From Felis catus (lineage: Eukaryota): a stretch of DNA of 64,000 nucleotides. This document shows positions 11,106-22,950 of the stretch, in pieces. A program made the translations under genes and the position numbers. The DNA lies in NCBI RefSeq assembly GCF_018350175.1, contig NC_058369.1:163370001-163434000 (forward strand). The letters are read 5' to 3'. How positions within the stretch are numbered: the stretch's first letter is position 1; the number at the start of each line of letters is the position of its first letter. The notes beneath the pieces are model-generated. The model worked only from the letters and a program-made list of their open reading frames with translations, had not been told where the DNA came from and did not search any database.

Positions 11106-13769
11106 TAAGACAGAGACAGGAACCAAGGCAGACCAGGCGGGAAGGAGAGGGAGACAGAAACAGAGAGAAATAGGCCCACACCATTTAACCAAAGGCGTTA
11201 ACCCGAGGTGAGACCTGGTCCTTGTCACTCACACTGCCATTGAGCCCTTACCACTGTGCAGTCAGCCTCCTGGGAGCAGGGCAAGGCCTTGCCCGGGTCC
11301 CCAGGGTCCTGCTCAGTTAGCAGGTGTACGAGAAAGATAAGTGGCACGATGGAGTCCTTCCTCTCTTGTTACGCGGGGGGTTTCGTCAGTCTAATGGGGT
11401 GCTCTGCGGCCCCCTCTCTGACCCCCACCTACACCTCACACACGATAACTGCAAACATCAGCATGTTGAAACTGCCGGCCACAGGAGGGGTGGAGAGATG
11501 GGTCACGGGGGCCTGAGCACCCACCAGCCCAGAGGGGAGGCACATTTTGGATATGTGGCAGCTTTGCACTCTCCCCTCACCACCGACCGCCATAAATTGG
11601 TCCCTTGGGGCCATCCATGCCCAACAGCTTATAGCACTATGAAAAAAAAACACACACACAAAACAAACAAACAAACAAAAAAAACGAGCCACACTGGCCT
11701 GCTCTCCATCTTGGGGAGGATGGGGAGGTATCTACACGGGATCCTGAGGTGTGCTCTAAGTCCCCTGCAGCCTAGGGGTGCCACATGGGGCCAGCTCTGC
11801 CTGGTGCGGTGGTAGGGAGGTGCATCCTCACTCCCCAGCCAGCTCCCTCCGGACCAACACTGGCCTGTCTAGTAGATTCAGGGGCAAAAACAAGGGATTC
11901 ACGTCCTTGGGACTCGCAGGCTGTTAAGACTCCAGGTGGTGGCGAGCCTTTCCTGCCTCCGCCGGCCTCCTGAGCTGCCCATCCCAGCCAGGGCCTGGGA
12001 ACGCACCCATCCCACCGTGCCCTCTGCCTGGCTGAAGCCATCACTCCTGCCCTGTTTACACCCCCATGGCTCCCAGGCTCCTGCCCTCCTTTTCCTTGGC
12101 AGACAGGAGCCCCATCCCAGCACCTCTGACTCCTCTCCTCGCTCTCCTGGAACTCAGTGCTTCCTCATGACCAGTGTCAGGACAGTCTCCTGGTGGCTTA
12201 ATGTCCTGCCCCTTACCCCGCCCCCCCCACCGGAGGAGCTTCTGAGGCCTCAGCTACTACTCTGCCCAGGTGGTCAGAGGGACTCCTGAGAACCGCTGCA
12301 TTTTGCAGTCTGGGATGTCACCTGAGTGAAGAAAACTGAGTAGAATAAACAAAAACAAAAACAAAAACAAGACAAAACTTCATGTCCTTAAAGAATTTTT
12401 CAGGGAAATTAAGCCAAATGCCACCGTGCATGGACTGTGTAGACAAAACATGCCTGGAAGCCACACGCAGACCTGGTCTCCCAGGTATCTTCAACTCCGT
12501 TAGGAGTCAAGGGTGGGCCGTGCAGGGGCTGAGGGGGCTGAGAAAGCCATGCCCTCCCCTCCTCACACGACACTCTGTCTCTCCCATGGTCTGCCTTGAG
12601 TGCACCTGCCTTCCTGCCATGATGTGTTCTCCCTGCTCGTGTCAGGCACCACAGAAGGCCCCAGACTCCCCTCACCGGTACCCTCAGCTGCATAAGGCTC
12701 TGTGTAGCCCCTCTTCTCCCAGTTCCCGACCTGAACCCTTCCACTGCGCGGTCTGTCACAGATAAAACTTTCCAATACACTTGGCCGCTTCCGTGAACAT
12801 CGCTTTTGCTTTCTTGTAGCAGAAGCCCTCCAGGACCCACTCCCCCCCAAACTGCCACTGTGGTGGCAGAATTTTTCCCAGAGCACCCCTACCACTGGCC
12901 TCAGGGTGAGTAGGGGCCCTCCTTGCCCCTCGCAGCTGCTTCCAGAGCCCTGGCTCTGCATCTGCCCCACGTCTGGTGCCCGTTTCTCGAGGGCTCTAGC
13001 CCCTGGCTCGCTGTCCCTCCCTGACACTCGGAGACACTCACGGACTCTGTCCTGTTCTTGCTGCTCTCTGGGGATCTTCACGGGGGGTCTTTCCACACCT
13101 CTGGTCTCTCGCTCCGTGGCCACCTCTCCTCTGGAAATTCTCCACCCTCCCTCAGCCACCTGCTCCAGGGTCACCTTCTGGGTCTGGTCACTCCAGTGGC
13201 CCCTCACCCCCTTATCAGTCCGAAGCAGCTCACTCTGACTGCCACCCTGTCTCCTTCCAGCTCACTCTGCCCAGCTCCCTGATGCCCAAAGCCCGTGACT
13301 CCACTGGAACCGCTGGTCCATTTCTCTGACCTGCACCCCTCATCACAATGAGACTGTTACATATGATCCTCTTTTTTTAAATGATAAAACACATAACATA
13401 AAATTTACCATTTTAACATGCTTTGCACATACACGCTCTTGACTCTCTTACTTAAGTGTTCAATCCAGTTTCGCCAACTCCTCCCCTGTCCCCGGGACCT
13501 GAAGGTGGCTGGAGAAAGACACACGGCCACCCTGACCAGGTCTCGCTGTCAGTTCAGGAGCACCGACTTTACCTGGCCTCCTGCTGCCCAGCCGTCCCCC
13601 TGTCCCTCGTCCACGCACACCCCCTCCCACTCCGCTTCCTACACGAGTCTCCACATCTTCTCCCCTCCAACCTCCAGCTCCTCCCCCGCTCCTGCTCCCA
13701 GTTGAGGCCCTGGCTTCTCACCTCACGGAGACACAAAAGCTTCTAAAGAACTTTCACCTAGCCACCTCA

Positions 13770-13930
13770 GGGCATGCTTCCAGTCAGTTAAAGCATCCGA
13801 CTTTGGCTCAGGGCAGGATCTCATAGTTTTGTGAGTTCGAGCCCCGCATCAGGCTCTCTGATGTCAGCGCCCTCCCTCTGCCCCGACCCCGCTCATGCTT
13901 TCTCTCTCTCTCTCTGTCTCAAAAATAAAC
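13770..13930 (+). mobile_element. Can-SINE, degenerate/internally deleted
   Basis: tRNA-derived body, (CT)n tract, aaaaataaac tail. Confidence 0.8.
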
Positions 13931-13933
13931 ACT

Positions 13934-14160
13934 GGGGCGTCTGGGTGGCTCAGTCGGTTGAGCGTCCGACTCTTGGTTTCCGCTCGGGTCATGATGGCGT
14001 GGTTTGTGGGTTCGGGCCCCACACTGGGCTCTGCGCTGACCATGCGGAGCCTGCTTGGGATGCTCTCCCTCTCTCTGCCCCTGCCGTGCTCGTGCTGTCT
14101 CTGTCTCTCTCAAAATAAAGAAAATGATAAATAAATAAATAAATAAATAAGCATTAAAAC
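13934..14160 (+). mobile_element. Can-SINE (SINEC_Fc type)
   Basis: ggggcgtctgggtggctcagtcggttgagcg head, (CT)n tract, (TAAA)n tail. Confidence 0.9.
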
Positions 14161-14708
14161 AATAATAAATTTTTAAAAATTTTAAAACCAGGAGATGGTC
14201 TTTGAGGCTGGTCTATGATCAAGGATTTCATAGTCCAAGCTAGACTCGGCCTCTCTCGTGACCCCACACAGGGTACCCTCTTTACTCTTGGGCTTGAATA
14301 GCTGTGGAGACGGCTGAGAGGCCTCATGAAGACTTACCAGGGAGTGGGCAGAAGGGAGGAAAGGGAAGGAGTGGTCTCAGAACCTTCTTGGTGCCCACAC
14401 CTTGTTTCCAGGAGGATCCTTTGTAATTAAGGCCAGCTGGTGCCCAGCCCACCTGTATAATGAACCCCCTCCGGGTAGCCCCTCAGCCAGCCCTGATGCC
14501 CTTGCCCTTGCTCCCAGATCGGGGCTTTTGTTTTGGCCATTGCCACCTAGTCTGTCCTGGGACAGGGCTGGGACAGGGAGGCCTTACTGCCCTACCCATT
14601 GTCCCCGTTCTTCGGGGGTCCCGTCCTCCCCCAGGCCCTGAACCCACTGCCCTGGGTGGGGTCTCTGCAGGCACCAAAGTGTGATTACTCTGAGCTTAGA
14701 CCCAAGAA

Positions 14709-14933
14709 CAGGGCTTCTCAGCCTTAGCACCATTGACATTTGGGGCTGGATGATTCTTTATTGTGGGGGCCGTCTCATGTATCGTAAGATGTCAGTAGCA
14801 TCCCTGGCCTCTATCCAGTAAATTCTAAAAGCACTCCCCCCGGCCCCCCTCCAGTGCAACAAACAAAAATATCTCCCAACATCGGCCTTTGTCCCTGGAG
14901 GGTGAAGTTGCCCCCCGGGGTTGAGAAGCCGTG
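14709..14933 (+). mobile_element. MER20-like hAT-Charlie DNA transposon
   Basis: Inverted ends cagggcttctca / tgagaagccgtg; internal attgacatttgggg...agcatccctggcctcta typical of MER20. Confidence 0.8.
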
Positions 14934-14949
14934 CTCTTGAGCTGGATGG

Positions 14950-15150
14950 TCTTGGGTTCACACTCAGCTCAGCCACTGGGTGGCCGTAACTTTGTACAGG
15001 TTACTCGACCCATCTGAGCTCCATTTTCCCTGTCTTCAAGACAGGGAGCCCTACGCCTGACTCACCGGTAGATGTGAGGATTCAGACGAGGTCGTGTTAT
15101 GTGCGGAATTCAGCACGGCGCCTGCCACAGAGGACACATTTAACAAGTAA
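14950..15150 (+). mobile_element. MIR fragment
   Basis: ctgggtggccgtaactttgtacaggttactcgacccatctgagctccattttccctgtcttcaag...gtgaggattcagacgag. Confidence 0.6.
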
Positions 15151-16404
15151 TCGCTGCCATTACTGGATTCCTGATGCTAAGCTGGCCCGAGCCTGCGGGG
15201 CTTGGCTGCCTCTGCTCTGCCTTATCTCTGGGTCCTAGCGGTCCTGCTGTCGAACAGCCCCCAGTTGGGAGAGTAGTGAAAACAGGGGGCCCCCAGAGCC
15301 CCCCAGCTGTGGGACCGTCCCACATACCATGGAGGGTACCTCTGAGGGGTCAGCCAGGCAATTATTCACAGTGGCTAATTCTGGTGGCTCTGGGAGCCCG
15401 TGAAGAGTCTGGGTTCCACCCAAACCACCGGAAGCTTCCTTGAGCACAGAAAGTGGCATTAGTCTGCAGGGTGGGTCTTACACGGGAAGCCTGTGTGTGC
15501 AGCCCAGAAACTTGGTAAAGGGCTGCAGAAAAGGAGGGCAGGGAAACATTCCGAAGCCACCAGACGGAGCAAAGCACCTGCATTCACACCTAAGAAGAAT
15601 TCTACGGGAGACCACCGGGCCAGGAGAAGCTGAGGTTTAAGAGCTGCCAAGGGAAGCATCTGCAAGAAAAGCAGGGAGGGCCTCCTCGCACGCCTGTCCC
15701 CTTCCTCGTCTGCCGTCCTGCCGCTCACTTGGCGGGCACCTCCTGTGTGACTGTTCAGTGCAAAGGGCGGCTCAGCCACACAATAGACACTAGACGCAGC
15801 CTCGGCCCTCGGGACACAAGGAGCACTGGCCCGGGGCTGGAGGGGCTCCCGGCATCCATATGGTGAGAAGCTCACGTCCACCCCTGCACGCAGGACAGCG
15901 GCCGCTCTGGCAAGGGGTCGGGGGCGTGCAGGAGCAGCACGTCCCACGCCAGAGCCCTGGGCTTCCTTACGGGGAAGAGAGGCATTCAGCTCCCACCAGC
16001 TGGCCCTGCAGAGGGGCCGTGGCTCGCAGGTGGCTGGCCTGTGGCAGGGGCGGGGAAGCCAGCAGCAGCAGCCATGCCCGAGGGTGATCCTGGTCCTGGC
16101 GGAGGGGGCCGTGGAGCCAGCTGTGGGGTGCGCCGGTGAGTGCCTGCAGTACCTGCGGGGACAAGGGGCTCAAGGCCCCCTTTGGCTCTGCCCATCCCCA
16201 CACGAGGAAAGCTAGGGCCAGGCGAGGAGCTGGCGTCCCGGTGGCCACGGGGCCCAATGGATCACACCTTGGCTCCTCCTGCGGTGGACACGACCCTGGG
16301 TCACCACCTGGACGCTCTGGCTACCTAGAGCTCATCTTCTTCCTCTTCCATGAGACGCAGCTCCAAACTCTGAAGGCAGCCCTTGCGGTCCCCTCCCCCC
16401 GGGC

Positions 16405-16765
16405 ACAAGTTGAGTTGTGTCTCCCCCAGCAGAACTCATTTGCTGGAGTCCTAACCCCCCCCACCTTCAGAATGTGTTCTTATTGGGCGATGGGGTCTTT
16501 ACGGAGGTAATCAAGTTAAAATGGGGCCATTAGGGTGACCCTAATCCAGTATGACTGGTGTCATAAAATAGGGGAAACTGGGACACGGGGACAGATACAC
16601 ACAGAGGGAAGACTGACGTGGGGGAGACAGCCATCTGTAAGCCGAGGAGCGAGGCCCGGGCCAGATCTTCCCTCACGGCCTCAGAAGGACCCGAAACCCT
16701 GTTGACGCCTGGATCTCGACATCCCGCCTCCAGAAAATACCTTTCCATTGTTTAAGCCGCCCAGC
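16405..16765 (+). mobile_element. MLT1-type (ERVL-MaLR) solo LTR
   Basis: gaggtaatcaagttaaaatg...tagggtgaccctaatccagtatgactggtgtc...ttgtttaagcc are MLT1 hallmarks. Confidence 0.85.
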
Positions 16766-16904
16766 CTAGGAGACGAATCCACCCCCTAACACTGCTTTCA
16801 GTACTCCTGTGTGGGCCCTCCTGTGGCCTGCCTGCCAGTCCCAACTGCCACCGGTCTCTCCCCTTACGTCCCCTGGCTTGCCTGAAGCCATGCAAAGCTT
16901 GGGG

Positions 16905-16985
16905 CTTTGCAACGTGGGGCTCGAACCTACAATCCCGAGATCAAGAGCCGCTGGCTCCACCGACGGGGCCAGCCAGGCGCCCCCC
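16905..16985 (-). mobile_element. Short Can-SINE (tRNA head only)
   Basis: gtggggctcgaacctacaatcccgagatcaagag...ccaggcgcccc. Confidence 0.75.
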
Positions 16986-17343
16986 ACCCCCAATTCTCTT
17001 CCTACTCTGATTGTGCCGAAGCACATCTCCCATTCCCTGCTGGTAAAACTGCCTATTTGGACTCAAGAACAGATACTTATATTTATTCCGTCTCATAAGA
17101 ATTAGCCCATTATTCTAGCTCGCGATCTTTCGAATCCCCGTTCTGTTATCCGCTGTATCTGTCATCCTGTCCAGCTGTGTGTCATTCACAAATCCCTGAA
17201 CATGACCTTCCCTCTTCATCTGGGTCTGTGCTGACTATTCTGGAAAAGGACAGGCACCAGGACAAAGCCCTCTCTCCAGACAGCCTACAACCTCTGAGGC
17301 TAGTCTTCAATTGGCAGCAAATGGGCTCAATCATAGAAACATC

Positions 17344-17497
17344 CAGTGACGTGCGCAGTGTCACGTTGCTGGTTTAAAATCGGCCGCGGTAGGAGTATTT
17401 ATGCCATGGAAATTGGCAAATAGTACAAATTAGATTTCAGCTCCCCCTTCCCACCCTGTCAGGAGCCGGTTGTTAAATATTTACCAGCACACTACTG
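17344..17497. mobile_element. MER63-like hAT-Blackjack element
   Basis: cagtgacgtgc...gagccggttgttaaatatttaccagcacactactg, with inverted cagt/actg ends. Confidence 0.7.
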
Positions 17498-17675
17498 CGT
17501 CCAGCCCACGTCTATGTGTCACGCTCCAGATATTGGGAGAGACTTTGTCAAACCCCTTCAAATGAACACGTACATCTTTACGGAGCTCCATAGCCTACAA
17601 AATAGTTCGGTGTGCGTTATTTAATTTGGTTCTTTCAACATCCCAGGGAGTTAAAGGGCTGGATATTACTGTACC

Positions 17676-17903
17676 CATTTTATTTTATTTTTTATTTTTT
17701 TTAATGTTTATTTTTGAGAGAGAGAGAGAGAGAGAGAAACAGAGTGCAAGGTGGGGAGGGGCAGAGAGAGAGAGAGGGAGACACAGAATCCGAAGCAGGC
17801 TCCAGGCTCGGAGCTGTCGGGACAGAGCCCGACGCGGGGCTCAGACTCACGAACCCTGAGATCATGACCTGAGCCGAAATCGGACGCTTAACCAACTAAG
17901 CCA
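17676..17903 (-). mobile_element. Can-SINE (SINEC_Fc type)
   Basis: Antisense SINE body; flanking tacccattttA duplication. Confidence 0.92.
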
Positions 17904-18480
17904 CTACTATACCCATTTTAAAGATGAGGCACACAAGGTTAATGACTGATTCAGAGCCAGACAGAGAACTAGTCAAAGGTGGGCTCAAACCCGCCATGTT
18001 CTGATCTCAAGGTCGTGTTCCTTTCGGCTCACCAAATGCCCCCCCCACCCCGGCCGCCACCATTGGTTGTCAAAGTTGCCCTGAATGCCCTCACCAGCCA
18101 CTGCTCTGGGCTTAAAACACAGACAAACTGTGAGGGGGATTCTACCCGTGGTCCTTCCCGTTCACAACACATCACTAGGATCCCTGTTTCTACCTGGGGG
18201 AGAACCCTCAAGTTTTCAACAAGCCTCTTTGCATTTTGCTTAAAATTCATCGTTGACAAGAGGTTGTCTAAAGTGACCGCAGTTCAATGCAATGTCTCTC
18301 AGGGTGGGACCCTCGATGGAGTTCTCAGGGCTAGGAATGCTGACTCAGGGCTCTGGGCCAGAGGGCTAGAGAGGTACCAGGTGGGTGGTGACCGCAGGAG
18401 GGGAGCCCAGGGAGGAAGTTGCAGAGTGGGCAGGCAGACAGGTGTCACTTTGCCCACACTGTGTCTTCAACACTTTTTAA

Positions 18481-18609
18481 GGGGTGCCTGCGTGGCTCAG
18501 TCAGTTAAGTGTCTGACTTTGGCTCAGGTCATGATCTCACGGTTTGTGGGTTCGAGCCCCGCGTCAGGCTCTGTGCTGACAGCTTACAGCCCGGAGCCTG
18601 TTTTGGATT

Positions 18610-18650
<41 letters not shown>

Positions 18651-18713
18651 CCCGCCCCTGCTCACGCTCTGTCTCTCTCTCAAAAATAAATAAACATTAA
18701 AAAAATTTTAAAA
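18481..18713 (+). mobile_element. Can-SINE (SINEC_Fc type)
   Basis: Full head, (CT)n tract, A tail. Confidence 0.92.
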
Positions 18714-19403
18714 AACGCTCTTTAAAATCTCAAAAATTGAGAGATTTCACACCAACAGCCAGATTTCCAGAATCTCTCAAAAAACTGGAAATCTGGCAAC
18801 ACAAGCCCACCGATGCACTTGGAAACAATCAGAGAATGCTAACAGGGGCTGTCCCTGTTTGAAGAGGCAGGGTTTCTCCAATTCACCAAGCCCCCCCCCC
18901 CAATTTTAGAGGTTGCAAACTCTAAACGCCCAGGGGCCCAGCAATTAATGTAAATGAGGGGCGGGAGCTTTGTGCACCAGGACAACTAGCCTTGACCTTG
19001 GGTCTCAGTGCTGGGCCTATAGAAAGGGCTGGCTGCTTTGCCTCCTTCAGGGTCACTGTGGTTTGGGTCATGGCACACCTCGCTGTTCCTCCCCCATGGG
19101 ACGCTGCCAGGCGGACCCCAACTGGGACTCTTGCACCAACACGATGAAACTGTGTTTCAGTTTCTCACACTCTTGTGAGGACCGATCAGCTGAACCACGA
19201 AAAATCCTCCACAGTTCCTAAAACTTGCAAGAGGCTCTCAGTCAACACCGGTTGCTAGTATTCTGCGCTCGTGTGCTTGGCTCTCCTCTGTCCTGTGGGA
19301 GCTGCTCTGGGGTCTCAGGCCACAGAAGTGGGGGGCGGGGCTGTTGGGGGGGGATGCGGCGGGGGAGTCTGGACTGGTGGGGCTGTGGTCCACCCAAAGG
19401 GCA

Positions 19404-19582
19404 TTTTTAAAAACGTTCATCTATTTTGAGAGAGAAAGAGCGGGGAGAGGGGCAGAGAGAGAGGGAGGGAGAGAATCCCAAGCAGGCTCTGTGCTGTCAG
19501 TGCAGAGCCTGATGGGGGGCTCAAACCCATGAACCAGGAAGAGTCAGTCACTGAAACAACTGAGCCACCCAGGCACCTCCCC
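19404..19582 (-). mobile_element. Can-SINE
   Basis: Antisense body ending ctgagccacccaggcacc. Confidence 0.88.
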
Positions 19583-21419
19583 TCAATGGGCATTTTTCGA
19601 AAGGGTATCTAAGATGGTTTTTTCTGGAAGGAAGGGGTGAGAGTAAGACGGGGGGTGGGGTGGCAGAGTAGGGGCTCAGAGAGGAAACCGAGTCAAGAAA
19701 AGGCAAAAGCAAAATAACGCTTCCTGCTGGGTGGGGTGTGGGATCTGGAGACCAAGCTGGAGCTCCGCCTCCCCTCTCCGTACCGCTGCCCTCCCCCTGC
19801 GGGGGGGGGGGGGTTGGGGGGGGCCCGCCTCCAAGCCCACCCCCTTGGGCCCCTACTGTGACTTCAGCTGCTGACCCGGGAGGAAATCAGAAATCTGCTC
19901 ACAGCTCGGGAGAGTCAGAGGACCACAGCGCTCTCTCCTCCACCTGCCGGCTCACTTTTTTAAAATTTCCAGCTCAAAACTTTCGTAAAGGTAAAGAAGG
20001 CAGGCTTCTCAAATACGCAGACGGCGTCAGGCTGGATGGAGGGCTGCTGGCTGGGAAGCCGGGCTAAGGCTAACCAGAGAACTCTGCGTCTGAGTTCAAG
20101 ATACGGGAGCGGGGAGAACGGGGTTCTCAGCGGATGGGAGGAGAAGCCCAGGGGCTTCTCACTGGCTCCAGGCCTTTCTGAACCAACAATGTAACAGCAG
20201 CGAGAATGGCCAGCTGGGCCTGGAACCAAGGGAGACGTGGTCACAGGGTCTACAGAGGACAGCTAGACGTGCTGGTGGGGAGGGCAGCACTGAGCATCAC
20301 ATTTTAACCCACAGGGTGACAAGGGGCTCTCTGGCATTCACGGCGTTCTGGATCTTGACCCGAGTGCTCAGTACTTAGCATCCCACCGAATCTCTATAGA
20401 AGGGGCGTCAGGTCCTACCTTACAGAGGAGACACTGAGGCTCGGAGAACTAACTGCCTCTGCCCACATCAGCCCAGCTGGCAAGGGGCAGAGCCCAGCCC
20501 CCAAGTCTGGGACGTTTGAAGAAGCCAGACCTGAACGTTCCTGACAGCAGACCCAGGGAGTGTGGACAACCGCCTCCAAACGTCACGGAGGCAGAAAGGG
20601 GTTTATTCTCTGTAACTCCAAAGGGGAAGGCCAGGGTCACAGGCAGGAAGATTCTCCTCACTTTAAGAACCACTATACAAGGGGGGGTGTCTGCGAGCAT
20701 GGCGAGCAGGTCCTTTCGGAGACGGACTGCCCAGCTGTGGGCCACGAGCGGCTCAGGTGTCGGCAGCTCAGGGTGGGGAGGCCAGAAAGGCCCACCCTTG
20801 CATTGTGGGGGTGCAGAGAGGGCAGGGCTAACGGTACAAAGGGGTCTCAGGGTCATGTCAAGATCAGCGGTCAGAGCCGCCTCCCCCCCACGTCCCCACC
20901 TCGTTCATTCACAAAGTGTTTTTCTGCGTTGTGCTGAACAAGACAGATGCAGGCTGTGCCTTGAAGGACCACTACCAGGGATCATTTAAATTTGGGGTAC
21001 ACACTAGAAGATGTAAGGAGGTGGGACTTGATGCCTAATCGGGGGAAGGGGGGAGAAAGTCTCCCTGGAAGAAGTGGCATTCCAGTGGAGACTTGCAGGA
21101 TGGACAGAACCAGGCAGGTGAAGGGAGCTGGAAGGGTGTTGCAGGCAAAGAGAACAGCATGTGCGAAGGCCCTGAGTGCCAGCAGGTGCCGGAAGCCCAT
21201 GAAGACAGAAGACAGAAGAGATCAGGTCCGCACTGCAGGAAGCTCTGGCCACCTTGGTGGGTTGGGGCTGGGAGGAGGGGTCCAGACCGAGTTGGGGGGG
21301 TGGTGGGGGGGCGCTACTGAGGCGTCTATCTCCGTGGTCCGGGCAGAAGACAGCAGCGGCCCCACTAGGGTGGCGACGTGAGAAATGGGTGGGCAGAATT
21401 GAGATGCGTCTAGGACATA

Positions 21420-21508
21420 GAATAAAATAAAATAAAATAAAATAAAATAAAATAAAATAAAATAAAGTAAAATAAAATAAAATAAAATAAAATAAAATAA
21501 AATAAAAT
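21420..21508. repeat. (AAAAT)n pentanucleotide microsatellite
   Basis: About 17 units, one AAAGT variant. Confidence 0.97.
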
Positions 21509-22149
21509 GAGGTGATTGCTCCAACAGAGAGAGAAGGAAGGGGGAGGGTCAAATGTCACTCCCAGGTGAGGGCTTGAGCTTCTGTATCACTGTCAGCAAT
21601 ATGGCCGGCCCCACCCCCACTGTGGAGGGGACCCTGTGTTCCTGTCTTCTTGTGTTCACCAGGAAACTTCTACTCTGTTCTCCTGGAGAGAAGACTCTGG
21701 AACAATCTTACCCCTCCTCCCAGGCCTCTTCTCCTTGGGAGGGGCTCCCTGCCTGATGAGGTGGGGGCCTGACATCTACTGGACAAGCTCCTCTCCTGAG
21801 TCGGGGATGGTGACATCAGGGCCGTCCCCTGAAGCCTGTCCTTCCCTTGTGGGTGCATTCGCTGGCCCGAGGGAGCCCGTCTCCACCTTCCTATGCCCTA
21901 GGTAAGCAAACCCAAGTAAGGGCGTAGGGTCCGCCCGCTACATCCAGGCCTCAGGTTCCAGCTTCCTTCTCTAGCCTGCAACAGACAAGCGTGCCTACTT
22001 CTCGGTGGGTTCGCGACCTAGGGCGTAAAGCGTGTGACTGGTCTCACCCTGTACCCAAACTCACCTGCTGGGCATATGTGCGGACGGAGGTCTCTGTTTT
22101 CCTGCAAGGATACAACGCTTCCCCAAGAACATGACTGGGCTTAATTCCC

Positions 22150-22950
22150 GATTTTAAACAGACCTCCCCGCTGCTGGATGCTTCTCAGAAATGTTGTGAC
22201 CGTTAGCGTGTAACCTGAAGGTGTGCAGTGCACTTCTCTGGGTGTGCTAGCTTCGGGTTGGGATCGAGCACGATCAGCGATGTTTACATGGCGGCCCGCT
22301 ATTGTGTCGCTCTTTGCCTGGGCCCCGGGGAAACCTGCGGTATTGCTGAGGACATCGCTGAGCTCTGGTCACCCAGTGTCCCCCTCGTGCCATCACACGG
22401 GAGAGACTTCCTGGGGTCTCACGGCCCCAAATCACAGTGTCTCTGAGCCGGTGGCGTTTGGTTCTCTGGGCAGCGTGAATGACACCCGTGCTCCTGTCTT
22501 CCCACCGCGGAAGGGGCCCCGGGGACTCACGGCTTGTGTCTCGCGCGCTAACCTTATCTGCGGCTGCAGCACATTTTCCCGCCCCTCGGGTCCCCACGTC
22601 CTGCCTTCCTCACTACGCGTGTCTTTGCAAACTGCCTCCAACCCTTTCTGGGGTGGGGTGGCACACAGGCCCACCTTCCGGCGTCCTCCTGTCCCCGCCT
22701 TTCTCCCCTCCCCACAGCATGCTGCTCCTCGCTCCGGGCCCCAGAACGTTCTTCGGTCTGGAAAGAAGGTTGACACGGGAGATGATCCAAGTGTGCAAAT
22801 TCCGGGAAAGGCATGAGCGGGGAACACATGCTCGTAAGACACGTTCTCGGATCTCCCGGACGTAAGTTTAGGTAACAAAGAAATGGGTTTCACAGCTTGG
22901 CAAGCAAACGAAGGAGTGGGCCTGGCTGAGGTGGGCAACTGTTCTCCCAC
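22150..22950 (+). mobile_element. Probable CR1/L3 LINE relic (ORF2 C-terminus)
   Basis: Remnant peptides AELWSP (CR1 CVQFWSP) and FFGLERRLTREMIQVCKF (CR1 LFSLEKRRLRGDMI.VYK) occur in the correct order. Confidence 0.45.

Noticed and set aside
21004-21552. Hydrophobic ILFYF-repeat ORFs that look like membrane proteins
   Set aside because: Translation of the (TTTTA)n microsatellite.
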